Positions 52,509-64,000 of a stretch of 64,000 nucleotides of DNA are shown here, in pieces. The stretch spans positions 60,760,001 through 60,824,000 of the forward strand of contig OX597818.1 in the NCBI GenBank assembly GCA_951406725.2. Reading direction: 5' to 3'. The notes under the pieces were generated by a model. It saw nothing but the letters and a program-made list of their open reading frames with translations, had not been told where the DNA came from and did not search any database. Within the stretch, counting starts at the first letter, position 1. The number at the start of each line of letters is the position of its first letter. The stretch comes from Octopus vulgaris (Eukaryota). The position numbers and the translations under genes were made by a program.

Positions 52509-52511
<3 letters not shown>
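51470..52511 (+). pseudogene. 5'-truncated R4/Dong-like non-LTR retrotransposon: CCHC zinc knuckle plus restriction-like endonuclease
   Basis: ORF 51636-52466 contains KPLHG (just upstream), AAQDQSL, CRFC...HLISGC, RHD, KPDI..D and K..KY..L; frameshift near 52340; 3' UTR ctctgccctaggtgt then (TA)n. Confidence 0.92.
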
Positions 52512-52548
<37 letters not shown>

Positions 52549-53519
52549 CTGGTGCTTATTCCAGGGACCGCTTTAGTAAACTTTGACATGATGAGCCAAC
52601 GACGACAGAAGTAATAGAATCAAGAGGGTATAGAAGACAAACTATGTCTCTGTGAACGCCATCTTCCTTCACATATCCCAACACACAATAACTTCAGTCA
52701 TAACAAGAACAACAAAAATGGCAACATCAATCGCTGCCGCTTCATCGATATCAATTACGTCCGTCCTTCTCGCTCTAACTGCAAACCGAAGATCATTGGG
52801 TTACGATTTGTTATAGAATCTTAAACTAATTTGTTGTATTTCGTTTATTTTTCTATACTGGCAACAAAACTACCAAATCTGTGTTGGAACTGTTCCGTGG
52901 AAAAAGCTATAAAATATGTAACTATGATATATATGCTTTCTTTTCTCTGGCAAAGTGCCAGGTTTTTTTTCCCCGATTATATTAAACACAGTCGGTTGGT
53001 CGAGATGGTTGACACCTTTCGCTTTCAAGATCTTCATGTTCCATAGGAAACAGAAAGGCGAAAAGAAAAGGAAGAGAAGACATCACGAGATGACTTTAAA
53101 GAAAATTAACAGATGTTATTGCCAAGGAATCCAAAGGCCCAGTTTTCGTTGAATTCGATAATACTAATAACGATTTATAATGTTGGCACAGAGCTAAAGA
53201 AAATTGTGGTAGGGAGTAAACAGTCGGCAGAATTAACCCCAACTGTATTACTGGTATATATTTTCTCAACCTCTGCACCAGAGAAAGAAAATGAAATTAA
53301 CTCCATAAGGTTTTAAATATAAACACGAGTGCGTGTAAATTTATTAAACGCTTTAGGTTGGCACACTTTCTGAAATTCAAGCGAGTAAAGATACATATAT
53401 AACATGTATACATACATACATATATATAACATATATACATACATACATACATACATACATACATACATACATACATACATACATACATACATACATACAT
53501 ACATACATTCATACATACT

Positions 53520-53656
53520 GGGAAGTGGGTATTTTGAATTTAAAGGAAAGATTGTGCAACAGAATGGTTCATATTTGGTTAATTAAAAATGTAATGGTAA
53601 GTATTTATTGACCTTTTTTCTTTCCTTTAAAAATCGGCACGAACTTTCCGGACAAC

Positions 53657-53662
<6 letters not shown>
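53520..53662 (+). mobile_element. Mariner 3' end with intact TIR
   Basis: KIVQQNGSYLVN* C-terminus, then aaaaatcggcacgaactttccggacaacccaa|ta. Confidence 0.75.
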
Positions 53663-53694
<32 letters not shown>

Positions 53695-53904
53695 TTCGCC
53701 ATGTTGAATCGCTAGCTTCTGCACGCATTTTTTTCTCTCCTTGTTTCTCTCCGTGTTTCTTTTCTGTGTATCTTTCTGTTGAAGAGCGTAGGCTCGAAAC
53801 GTAAAATACTTGTTTTATTTATATTCCTGAGCGCCATACTAATACAATTGTTTGTTTGTACTCCACCTGCCTTCGTCTTTTGTTTATTTTCATAAAGCTT
53901 CCCG

Positions 53905-53906
<2 letters not shown>
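53695..53906 (+). mobile_element. PLE pseudo-LTR-like tail with HHR at 53771-53808 (CUGUUGA), between (TA)n tracts
   Basis: Reverse complement of 6529-6740; GAAA CGUA cleavage triplet. Confidence 0.85.
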
Positions 53907-53965
<59 letters not shown>

Positions 53966-54834
53966 TATATCAGCTATATATATATATATATATATACATA
54001 TATATATACTATATATATATATATATACATATATCAGTAAAAAGTACTTCGTCCAGTGAGAGATAAATATCATTTAATATACACAATTTACAAAAGATCT
54101 ACTAATAGCACCATGCTTTAGAGATACTTGCAGATTCATATAAATCCAGCAGATTTATATAACGAGAAAAGACTACGAATAAATGGCGAAAAGCAAGACT
54201 TTAGTTCTTTTTGTCTGTCGAAGATTTTGGTTTTCTTAATTTTCTTTTCTTTCTTTTTTTCCACCTTTTGCATCAACATTCTTTGCGTTTTATTCTTCTC
54301 GTTTTTATTTTCTCATGTTTCCTCATCAACCAGGAAGATTCGTAGCATAATATATAAATCCGCCAAATTATTGTGTCTCCAAAGCATGAAACTATTATTT
54401 AAATCGTTTGTAAATTGTGAATATTAAATTTTACAAATATGTGTGTATGTGTGCGTATGTGTGTGTGTGTTTGTGTGTGTTTGTGTGTGTGTAGTAAATT
54501 CCCACTTAATGTCACTTTCCAAGTAAATTTGATAGTGCCCTGAATATAATCACACTAACAGTAAATGCGCAGTTGTCATTTTCGAAAGTACTTCAAAAAA
54601 ATATTTGAGAATATATGAATTTTCGCTTGTGTTTCACTTTCTTTCTCTCTCTCTCTCTCTCCCTCCTTCTTCCCCTCTCTTTCTCTCTCTCTCTATCCCT
54701 CCTTCTTCCCCTCTCTTTTTCTCTCTCTCTCTTTCTCTCTCTGGAGAGACAGATAGTGAGATAGATAGATATAAGTGTAAATATATATAAATATATGTAT
54801 GTTTGTATGTATTTATATATATTTATATATATTC

Positions 54835-55012
54835 GTCATGATTGATCGCTAGCCACTTCATATTATCTATTTTCTCTCCTTTCGTGTTCCTTTCATTGGA
54901 AGAGCGTAGGCTCGAAACGTTAAAGACTTTTTTCAATTCCCGAGCGTTATACTAATACATCTGTTTGTTTTGTACACCACCTGTCTTCTTTTGTTCTTTT
55001 ATGAATTCTCCC
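54835..55012 (+). mobile_element. PLE tail, same family, HHR core decayed (CAUUGGA)
   Basis: agagcgtaggctcgaaacgttaaagac retained; ends at TA tract. Confidence 0.8.
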
Positions 55013-55017
55013 TATAC

Positions 55018-55055
<38 letters not shown>

Positions 55056-55063
55056 GGCAAGTG

Positions 55064-55143
<80 letters not shown>

Positions 55144-55594
55144 GTGTGTGTGTGTGTGTGTACATATATATACACATACATACATACATATATATATGTA
55201 TATACACATATATATGTATGCATGTATGTATGTATGTATGTACTTATGTATGTATACACGTTTGTATAAATACATATGTGTATCTGCACGTATCATATCT
55301 ATATGTATATATGTATGAAAATGTGAGTGTGTGGGAGAAATGTCAGAAAGTAAGTCATAAGCAACATATTTTAGGAGTTGACAGAATGTCGTCTTCATGG
55401 TTTTTTTTTTTTTTTTTGCTTTTTCTTTTGCTTTTCTTCCCATTTTTCTTCTTCAAAAAGCATTATATTTGGCACAACCAACAATCGCCGCCATTTTAAC
55501 TCTTAAAAGCCAAGTGGTAAACCGTTATAGAACGACTCCACACGTTAAAAATAGCAACAATATTTTCGTTATTGTAGACTGATACTCTCGTATT

Positions 55595-55925
55595 GTCTTA
55601 CTTCAGTCGGTAGTCTGTGGCCCTGCTGGAGTTCTGTCTTGTCGAACAAATCGACAGTTTTTATCTTGAGTCTGGGACTAATTCTGTTTGTGCCTTTTTG
55701 TGAGGAAGTAAACGAACTTATACCGGTTTTCAAGCTGTACCGAGACCCACACACGCTCATATACGATACGCTTCAACACAGCTTCCGTCCACCAAATTCA
55801 GTCTACAGGCATTGACCAGCTCGAGACCTTAGTAGAAGACACTTGCCAAATGTGCTGCGGAATCGGACAGAACCCGAAACCACTTCGGTGTACAGCGAGT
55901 GTCTTAACCACACAGCCATGTCTGC
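55595..55925 (-). mobile_element. SINE family A, diverged
   Basis: gtagaagacacttgcc...aacccgaaacc...ccacacagccatg. Confidence 0.65.
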
Positions 55926-56678
55926 CTGAACACAAATGACGAGATCGCTATTGGTGTAATGCCTTTGAAAACCGAAATGATTGGTATGTATTGATCGATG
56001 CAGTAGAGTGTTTGGATATGGTCTAATACATTATCAATTACTGAGATGAGACCAAATTATGCTCAGCCGAGGAAAGAATTTAGCTCGCATAAAATGTTTA
56101 CTATAACTATTTTACTTCCTCGACTATCTCTTCCTGATATTTCCACCCCACTCATTTTTTTTAGCATTAAGGATGGTCAATTCCTGCATCGTAATTGATA
56201 TAAAACAAAATATATTTTTGATGACCATACCAAACAAATATTGTCTAGTATCGGTCTTCCATATAATTTATATATAGACAGAACATTTGGTCTGAATACT
56301 TAGAGCCGAAGCCTTGGCGTAGATATGGTGTTCTGGTGATCTGATGAGCTAGCTTTCTTTATCTGCACTAATTTGTAAATATGCAGCTGTATTGTACAAT
56401 GTGTAGTCTGCATTTTAATGCAGACATGTGAAATAATTTCTCATACGCTGAAATTGATATTATGTGATGAAGGCTGCGAAACGGCTGTAATCCTAAGGAT
56501 TATAAGTGGTTAAATATATTCACTCCTCGCAACTCCTCATGAAATAATCTCATCGATTGGATCTTTTGCATTTAAGTTTACTATGTGGGCTGCTAGCCGA
56601 GTCCGCTAGCGGAGCTTTCTATGATAGTGACACGATGCTGTTGATCCATATATTACAGTACGGGCGCTCACAAGCTCA

Positions 56679-56724
<46 letters not shown>

Positions 56725-56814
56725 AACACACACAAACACACACGTATATATATATATATATATATATAAGGGCTGATAGAAATAAAGAAAGAATAGAGTC
56801 GTATATATATATAT

Positions 56815-57005
56815 AGTTGAAATTAACAGAAAAACAAAAGATGAAGACAGGTGTATGAACAACAAATAGGTTTATTAGTTTAAACTCTCGGGAAAGTGAG
56901 AAAGTCTTTTACATTTCGAGTGTATGCTCCTCAGCAGAAAGGAACACGAGGAAATAAACAGAAAGAGAATGAAAAAACTTTTGGAGCTAGCTGCCAATCA
57001 TGACG
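56815..57005 (-). mobile_element. PLE tail, same family, HHR at 56906-56941 (CUGCUGA)
   Basis: Minus strand CUUU CUGCUGA G GAGC AUAC ACUC GAAA UGUA|AAAG. Confidence 0.7.
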
Positions 57006-57795
57006 TTTATCTTTTATTTGTTTCAGTCATTTGACTGCAGCCATGCTGGAGCATCTGTCGATATACTAGGAGGGAACATTTTAATCATAAATTCATGACC
57101 GATACTTGTTGTGTGTTTATTACGAACGAAAGTCATTTTAGGATCTGAACTCGAGTTCTGCCATTCGGTCGCCATTTTGGTTTTAGTAAATAATTCATGA
57201 TGATTGATAACAACAAGTGGAAAACAGTGGAACCAGCAACAGATTGATAAACAACAACATCAACAATAATAATAACAATAATATAAAAGATTAATTATAA
57301 CAAGGATATGGAGAAAAAACATGCAACAACATTAAAATCAGCAGCAGAAGAGAAAAAATGTCAGCCATGTCATCACAACCACAATCACCGCCATTGATAG
57401 AAAGAAACCAGCAAATAATAAAATGCAAACTAAACAGTGATTAAAGAAAAGAAGCCTAAAAAAATAGCGTCTAACTTGTCAGTTATTTAAAGACTTACAT
57501 TAAGAGATTTCTAAGGTTTTCGAGTAAACTAGCGTTTGTGTTTATTTTGTGATATGTGTGTGTATCTGTGCGTACATGTGCGTATATGTACTTATAAATG
57601 TGTCGTTATATATATATATGTGTGTGTGTGTTTGTGTGTGTGTGTTTGTGCGTGTGTATATATACACATATACATATATATGCATACATACATATGCATG
57701 CATATGTAAATATGTACATCTGTAAGTATATATATATCTGTATATATATATAAATATATATGCATATATATATATATATATACATATATATAGTC

Positions 57796-57855
<60 letters not shown>

Positions 57856-57984
57856 GTATATACATATGTGTGTGCGTGTGCATATATATATATATATATA
57901 TTTAGGTATAGATGTCTATAACAAACGGAAAATAAGTGGATAGACATAAAGAGAGAAAGACAGACAGATAGATAGATAGACACG

Positions 57985-58052
<68 letters not shown>

Positions 58053-58081
58053 TAGATAGATGGATATATATATATATATAT

Positions 58082-58178
<97 letters not shown>

Positions 58179-58580
58179 GTTAGTGAGAGGGCGTCGAGAA
58201 AGACAAACAGAAAGACAGTCATGCAGAGAGACGTACAGACAAACAAGGCAGGCAAAAATAAGGGTAGAGAAAGAGATAAGAAGTAAGAAAAAATAAATTA
58301 AGTTAAGAAAGACCCATTTATTTGATCAATACGTTGGTGCATTTTAGAGAGAATATCTAATTGAATGAATCGTGTCTGTATTATTCTGTCTTCTCGTCTT
58401 ATCGTTTATTAGTGGAAGAGAACATCCCGAAAGTAATAAAAGGTTGATTGGATGAAATCTTCTGTTCAGTTTGATTGACGGAAGAGAAATGAAATGATCT
58501 TCATTTCTTTATTTTTTCTTACGCTAAATAATAATACCTATTACAAAGACCAACATATATTATCTATATTGTATATATGC

Positions 58581-58665
<85 letters not shown>

Positions 58666-58836
58666 CATATACATATGCATATGCATAAACGTATGAACAG
58701 ATATATTTTATATGTGCACAGAAGAATATATGAGTATATGTAGAAATAAGGCATGGTTACATATATATGTATATATACATAATTATACACACACAAATAT
58801 ATATATATATATATATACATATACATATGTTTTATA

Positions 58837-58893
<57 letters not shown>

Positions 58894-59154
58894 ATGTATA
58901 TATATATGCATATATATACTTATATATATATATACATAGACACATGCATATATATGTATATATATGTATGTATATAAAGGATATTGAAATATATATGTGT
59001 GTGTATGTGTTTGGATGTGTCTATAAGTGTATGTGTGTGCGCGTGTGTGTGTGTGATTGTATGTATACGTATAGGCGTGGCTGTGTAGTAAGATGCATGT
59101 TTCCACACCCTATGGTTGCAAGTTCAGTCTCACAATGCGTCATATTGATCAGGA

Positions 59155-59352
59155 CGCCATGATAGATCGTTAGCTCCTACACGCATATTTTTCTCTCCTT
59201 GTTTTTTTCTGTGTATGTTTCTGTCGAAGAGCGTAGGCTCGAAACGTAAAAGACTTGTTCTATTTCTGTTCCTGAGCGCCATATTAATACATTTGTTTGT
59301 TTGTACTCCACCTGCCTTCGTCTTTTGTTTATTTTCGTAAACCTTCCCGTTA
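59155..59352 (+). mobile_element. PLE tail with HHR at 59217-59252 (CUGUCGA)
   Basis: guuu CUGUCGA A GAGC GUAG GCUC GAAA CGUA|AAAG. Confidence 0.85.
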
Positions 59353-59625
59353 CATATATATAAACATACCTAACACACTCAACCCCCACGGACACACACA
59401 TACACACACCTACATACACACACACGCACACACACATATACACACGCACATACATACACATACATGTACACATGCACATCCAGACACACGCACACACATA
59501 TACACACGCACACACATAGACACATACGCACACGCACATGAACGCACACATACCCACACACACACACACAACACACACTCATACATAGACGCACAAAATT
59601 ATACATACATGGGCAGATATACACA

Positions 59626-59862
<237 letters not shown>

Positions 59863-60240
59863 TTCGATTCAGCCTGCAAACACCTCGGCCGAACATATAA
59901 AAATACAAATCATAAACAGTATCATTCAGTTCGTTATAATGAATCCACAAATATATACAAAACATTCAAGAGTATTTTTCCCTCTGAAGATATCCTCAGA
60001 TCATATGAATTTAATATATAATTAGATTCACTGAGTATTAATTGAAACACCTGTAAGGTATGATGATTGATTTGTTGTTAATAAACAATTCTTAACTTCC
60101 TAGTTTCCATTTTCTTTATCTTATATATATATATATATATATACATATGTGTGTATGTGTATGTGTGTATGTGTGTATGTTTCTAAAGACACATATACAT
60201 ATATTTACATATATAAGCATTTATATACATATTTAAACAG

Positions 60241-60327
<87 letters not shown>

Positions 60328-60713
60328 GATAGATATATAGATATATAGATATACATACATATATATACATATACATGCATATTTGGGTATATATATGTAA
60401 TTGCATACATAAATGTGAGTCTATGTGACCGAGTGTGTGTGTGCATGTGCGTGTGTACGTGTGTAGCTAAGTGAATGAAAAAAAAAACGAAAGTGCCACT
60501 TAGCACGTTCGGTGGGAGTTACTCGCAAACAAACAGTTTTAGTGATAAGTTACTGAAAGTCTCATGAGCTAAAGCACATCCACTATATTTTGATGTTCGA
60601 AGACAGAGTAGGGGATGCTTAAAAGAAATCCAAAATATCTTCACGAAATTTCGACCTCCATTGGTCAGCTCGTGTCTAATAAATTCTGAGAAATATGGAG
60701 CCGAGTCAATGTG

Positions 60714-61593
60714 TATATGACTCAGAAGTAAGGTGAGAGAACCCATTCGTTTACAGCTGTTTCATAGTTTTTTTCAGATATATCATAAGCATTACGTCAA
60801 CATTCACACGTTTATAAAATATGCGTATAGATATATATGCATTTGTACGTCTGTAGATACAAGTGTGCTGGCAAACAATCTAACAGACTAATCTTCAGAT
60901 CTATTTATGGTCATCCAAAACATCGACTCTAATACAAAGAGCAAGCTGACCTGATATATTTCTGAAGGCGATAGATGTACTTTGTAGGTTGCCATTTATG
61001 ATTTGTTTTAAGGAAGCAATGGCAATAGATCAATAGAAATTCTGAGAGAGAAGGACTAGATAAATACAATGAAGTAAAAAAAAAAATAATCAATAAATCT
61101 ATAAAATAATAAAATAAATTCAAAGAATCAGAAGAATATAAAAGTAAATAATAAAATAGGTTGTTTATCAAAGAAATTAGCTTCAAAGAAAGATATTGGT
61201 ACGAAGATGAAACTATTTCCTAAAGAAAGATATGTTGACCATTCCAGTATTAATTTACATGAATATAAGAATAAATAATGAAATAAATAATAAATAAATA
61301 ATGAAATAAATAATGAAATAAATAATGAGATAAATAGCAAATAATGCATATGGTCAGAAAAATCAATAAGATAAATAAATAAAACAAAGCAATAAATTTA
61401 GCCTGATCTGGGATTTCATCCCGGGTTGATGAAACCTGTTACTGGTTCCATGTAAAGCAGTATATATGACTCAGAAGTAAGGTAAGAGAACCCATTCGTT
61501 TACAGCTGTTTCATAATTTTTTTCAGCTATATCATAAGCATTACGTCAACATTCGCACGTTTATAAAATTATAAAATATGCGTATAGATATAT
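60714..61593. mobile_element. Element with ~125-bp terminal direct repeats
   Basis: 60714-60838 is near-identical to 61463-61593; each contains the reverse complement of GAAACAGCTGT. Confidence 0.7.
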
Positions 61594-61795
61594 GTGGTCA
61601 GGTTGTGAGTGACTGGACTGGCCTCCCCATTTGAGTAGCTTTCTACTCTTCTGAAGAGAGTGTCTGGACATTCTGATGGACTAAGAGCAAGACCTGTCCA
61701 AGGGTTGAACAGCTCCCTTGTGGGGCCATCCGTTTGGGGAAGGCAGTGGCAATCCACCCTAATATTTTTGCCAAGAAAACCAAAGATACGGGAGC
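61594..61795 (+). mobile_element. RTE/BovB-related fragment
   Basis: ggaaggcagtggcaatccaccctaatatttttgccaagaaaacc resembles the RTE/BovB terminal motif. Confidence 0.5.
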
Positions 61796-61940
61796 TCACG
61801 CTTAATGGGAAAGATTTTCTTGTAGTGTCATTAACGCACTGTAATAGCGTACGATACCTGACGACGATGAAATGAATAAATATAAAGCAAAAGCGACAGA
61901 AACGGTGCACCGAAATCAATGATTTTCATAGGGAGTGGAA

Positions 61941-61978
61941 TATCCAACGTTTCGGAGAGAGAGTCTTTCATCCGGGTA
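61941..61978 (-). ncRNA. Degenerate minimal hammerhead motif
   Basis: UACC CGGAUGA AAGACUCUCUCUCC GAAA CGUU|GGAUA. Confidence 0.45.
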
Positions 61979-62087
61979 AAGGTGACAAGAAGGAAATTAA
62001 AATGAAGACTATGGAGTTTGAGATTGTCTTTAAAATTCAAATAATAATAGAAGTAAACATACAAAATGAGAGAGAAATAATCATAAG

Positions 62088-62458
62088 AGCAGGCGTGGCT
62101 GTGTGGTAAGAAGTTTGCTTCCCAACCACATGGAACTGAGTTCAGTCCTACTGCATGGCTCTTTGGTCAAGTGCCTTCAATAATAACTTTGCACCGAACA
62201 AAGCCTCCGAGGACGAAAACTAATAGAAGCCCGTCGTATATATATAATGTGTGTGCGTGTATTTGTCCCACCAGTATCGCTTGACAATCTGTTTCGGTGT
62301 GTTTACGTCCCTGTAACCTAGCGGTTCAGTAAAAAGACCAATAAAATAAGTACCAGGTTTGAAAACAATCAGTAGTAGGGTCGATTCATTCGACTAAAAC
62401 TTTTTCAAGTAGGTGCCTCAGCATGGCCGCAGTCTAATGACAAAAACAAATATAAAGA
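62088..62458 (+). mobile_element. SINE family A
   Basis: gcaggcgtggctgtgtggtaag...gagttcagtcc...cagcatggccgcagtctaatgac. Confidence 0.85.
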
Positions 62459-62789
62459 TACAAGGCATCTCAACATGGTTCTAATTTGTGCTTGATTTAA
62501 ATAGCGATTGCTATTAAACGCACTTTGTTGGGTGGAAAATGAGCGGCATTTCATCTCAGAATAAGGTAGCCAACTACTGTGCCATTTATATGAATAGACA
62601 CCTTCATTTTTCTTAGTGTGAGAAAGCTAACGAGATAAACAAACATATAGATAGATAAGTATATAAGACAGATAAATAAATACACACACTTATGTATATA
62701 TACTTACATATGTACATATCTGTGTGTGTGTGTACATATATATGTATGTATTATGCGTGTATGTGTACATGCCATATCACACCACATCG

Positions 62790-63224
62790 TGCACATTAGC
62801 ATTGACCACTTCCCAGCACACACGCCAGCGCACACTCTATTACTGACCACTTCCCAGCACCTACACCATCATCCACACACCTACACATGCCCACACGCAC
62901 ACGTCAATGTCACCAGCCACCTTCCACGCACACATACTCGCATGCGCACCTTCATTTTGGGATCACCACTACTTTATTATCTCCCCTTCTTCCCAGCCCT
63001 CCTGTGTGGCACCTCTGTCCGGTATTCGCCATGATAGATCGCTAGTCACTAAACCTTTTTCTATTTTCTCTCCCTGTTTATTTCTGTGTTCCTTTCTGTC
63101 GAAGAGCGTAGACTCGAAACGTAAAAGACTTTCTCACTTCCCAAGCGTTAAACTAATACATCTGTCTGTTGTTTACACACCCTTCTTCGTCTTTTGTTGT
63201 TTGTTTATTTTGTAAATTCTCACC
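62790..63224 (+). mobile_element. PLE 3' UTR and tail with HHR at 63092-63127 (CUGUCGA), ending in (TA)n
   Basis: ctgtccggtattcgccatgataga shared with 14275-14298; CUUU CUGUCGA A GAGC GUAG ACUC GAAA CGUA|AAAG. Confidence 0.8.
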
Positions 63225-63256
63225 ATATATATATATATATATAATTTATATATACA

Positions 63257-63295
<39 letters not shown>

Positions 63296-63298
<3 letters not shown>

Positions 63299-63693
63299 TT
63301 ATATATAAAAGTCAAGTTGTGTGTCTGCCTCCTACGATTTAGATTCCTAACTACTCCCACATTTTGCGGTGCAGTTTAACCAAAACCGGGTATCTTATAG
63401 TCGTGATTCATATCAAGCCCTTCTGGGTATTAGCGCGCGTCTACGATGAGTCTACGATTTAAAAAAAAATTACCATAATTTTTTTTTCCATTTTAATGCA
63501 TTTTTTCGCTATTATATAAGGGAAGTAACTCTCTAAAAATGTCTACGATGAGTCAACGATTTAAAAAAAAAATTACCATCATTTTGTTTCCATTTTTAAT
63601 GCATTTTTTTTTCTATTTTTGGCTATAACTCTCTAAAAATGCTTATATAGTTATTTCCCTTACAAACCCGAGCAACGCCGGGCGATACTGCTA

Positions 63694-63694
<1 letters not shown>
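63296..63694 (+). mobile_element. Non-autonomous Helitron (copy 2) in (TA)n
   Basis: A|TC 5' end, CCCGAGCAACGCCGGG hairpin, CTAG|T; near-identical to 3127-3521. Confidence 0.92.
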
Positions 63695-63731
<37 letters not shown>

Positions 63732-64000
63732 AGCTTTTAAGTATTCTCAGAATAACAAAATCACGAGTCATCAAAATACAGGTATGAACATAAATTTTTA
63801 GAATCTCTTAAAAGATTATGACGTACAGCTCTCCCTTTGTTATTCAAAGACACTGACAAATTTCTACCTCATAAAAAAATTTCACCTACTTTCATGATAT
63901 GATTCAATATTGTTCTCATAAAACAAGGCAACAATGGCAGGTAGCTATCTATGGAGACGATTAACAGTGACATAACTTGGAGACTTCCAGACTTGGAGAA

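Overview
AT-rich eukaryotic DNA saturated with repeats. No intact host protein-coding gene is recognisable; almost every ORF in the track is a translation of (TA)n, (CA)n, (TATG)n, (TTA)n or (GAT)n microsatellites. The SINE families and microsatellite load look like an octopus (cephalopod) genome, which is an inference and not a database result. The window holds several tRNA-derived SINE families, mariner/Tc1 relics, Helitrons, restriction-endonuclease-like (R4/Dong-type) and L1/Tx1 LINE ends, and many Penelope-like element (PLE) relics (RT and GIY-YIG fragments). The main signal is a dense set of type I hammerhead ribozyme (HHR) motifs: about 15-18 motifs from at least 6 sequence families, mostly in short elements embedded in (TA)n. 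They include a ~100-nt ribozyme-only insert with a textbook fold (23120-23184), a multi-copy family whose catalytic core consistently reads CUGUNGA instead of CUGANGA, and a chimaera joining a tRNA-like Pol III head to an HHR-bearing PLE-type tail. Two long foldback hairpins and a head-to-tail Helitron array are also present. All folds and alignments were done by eye, and repeat boundaries are approximate.
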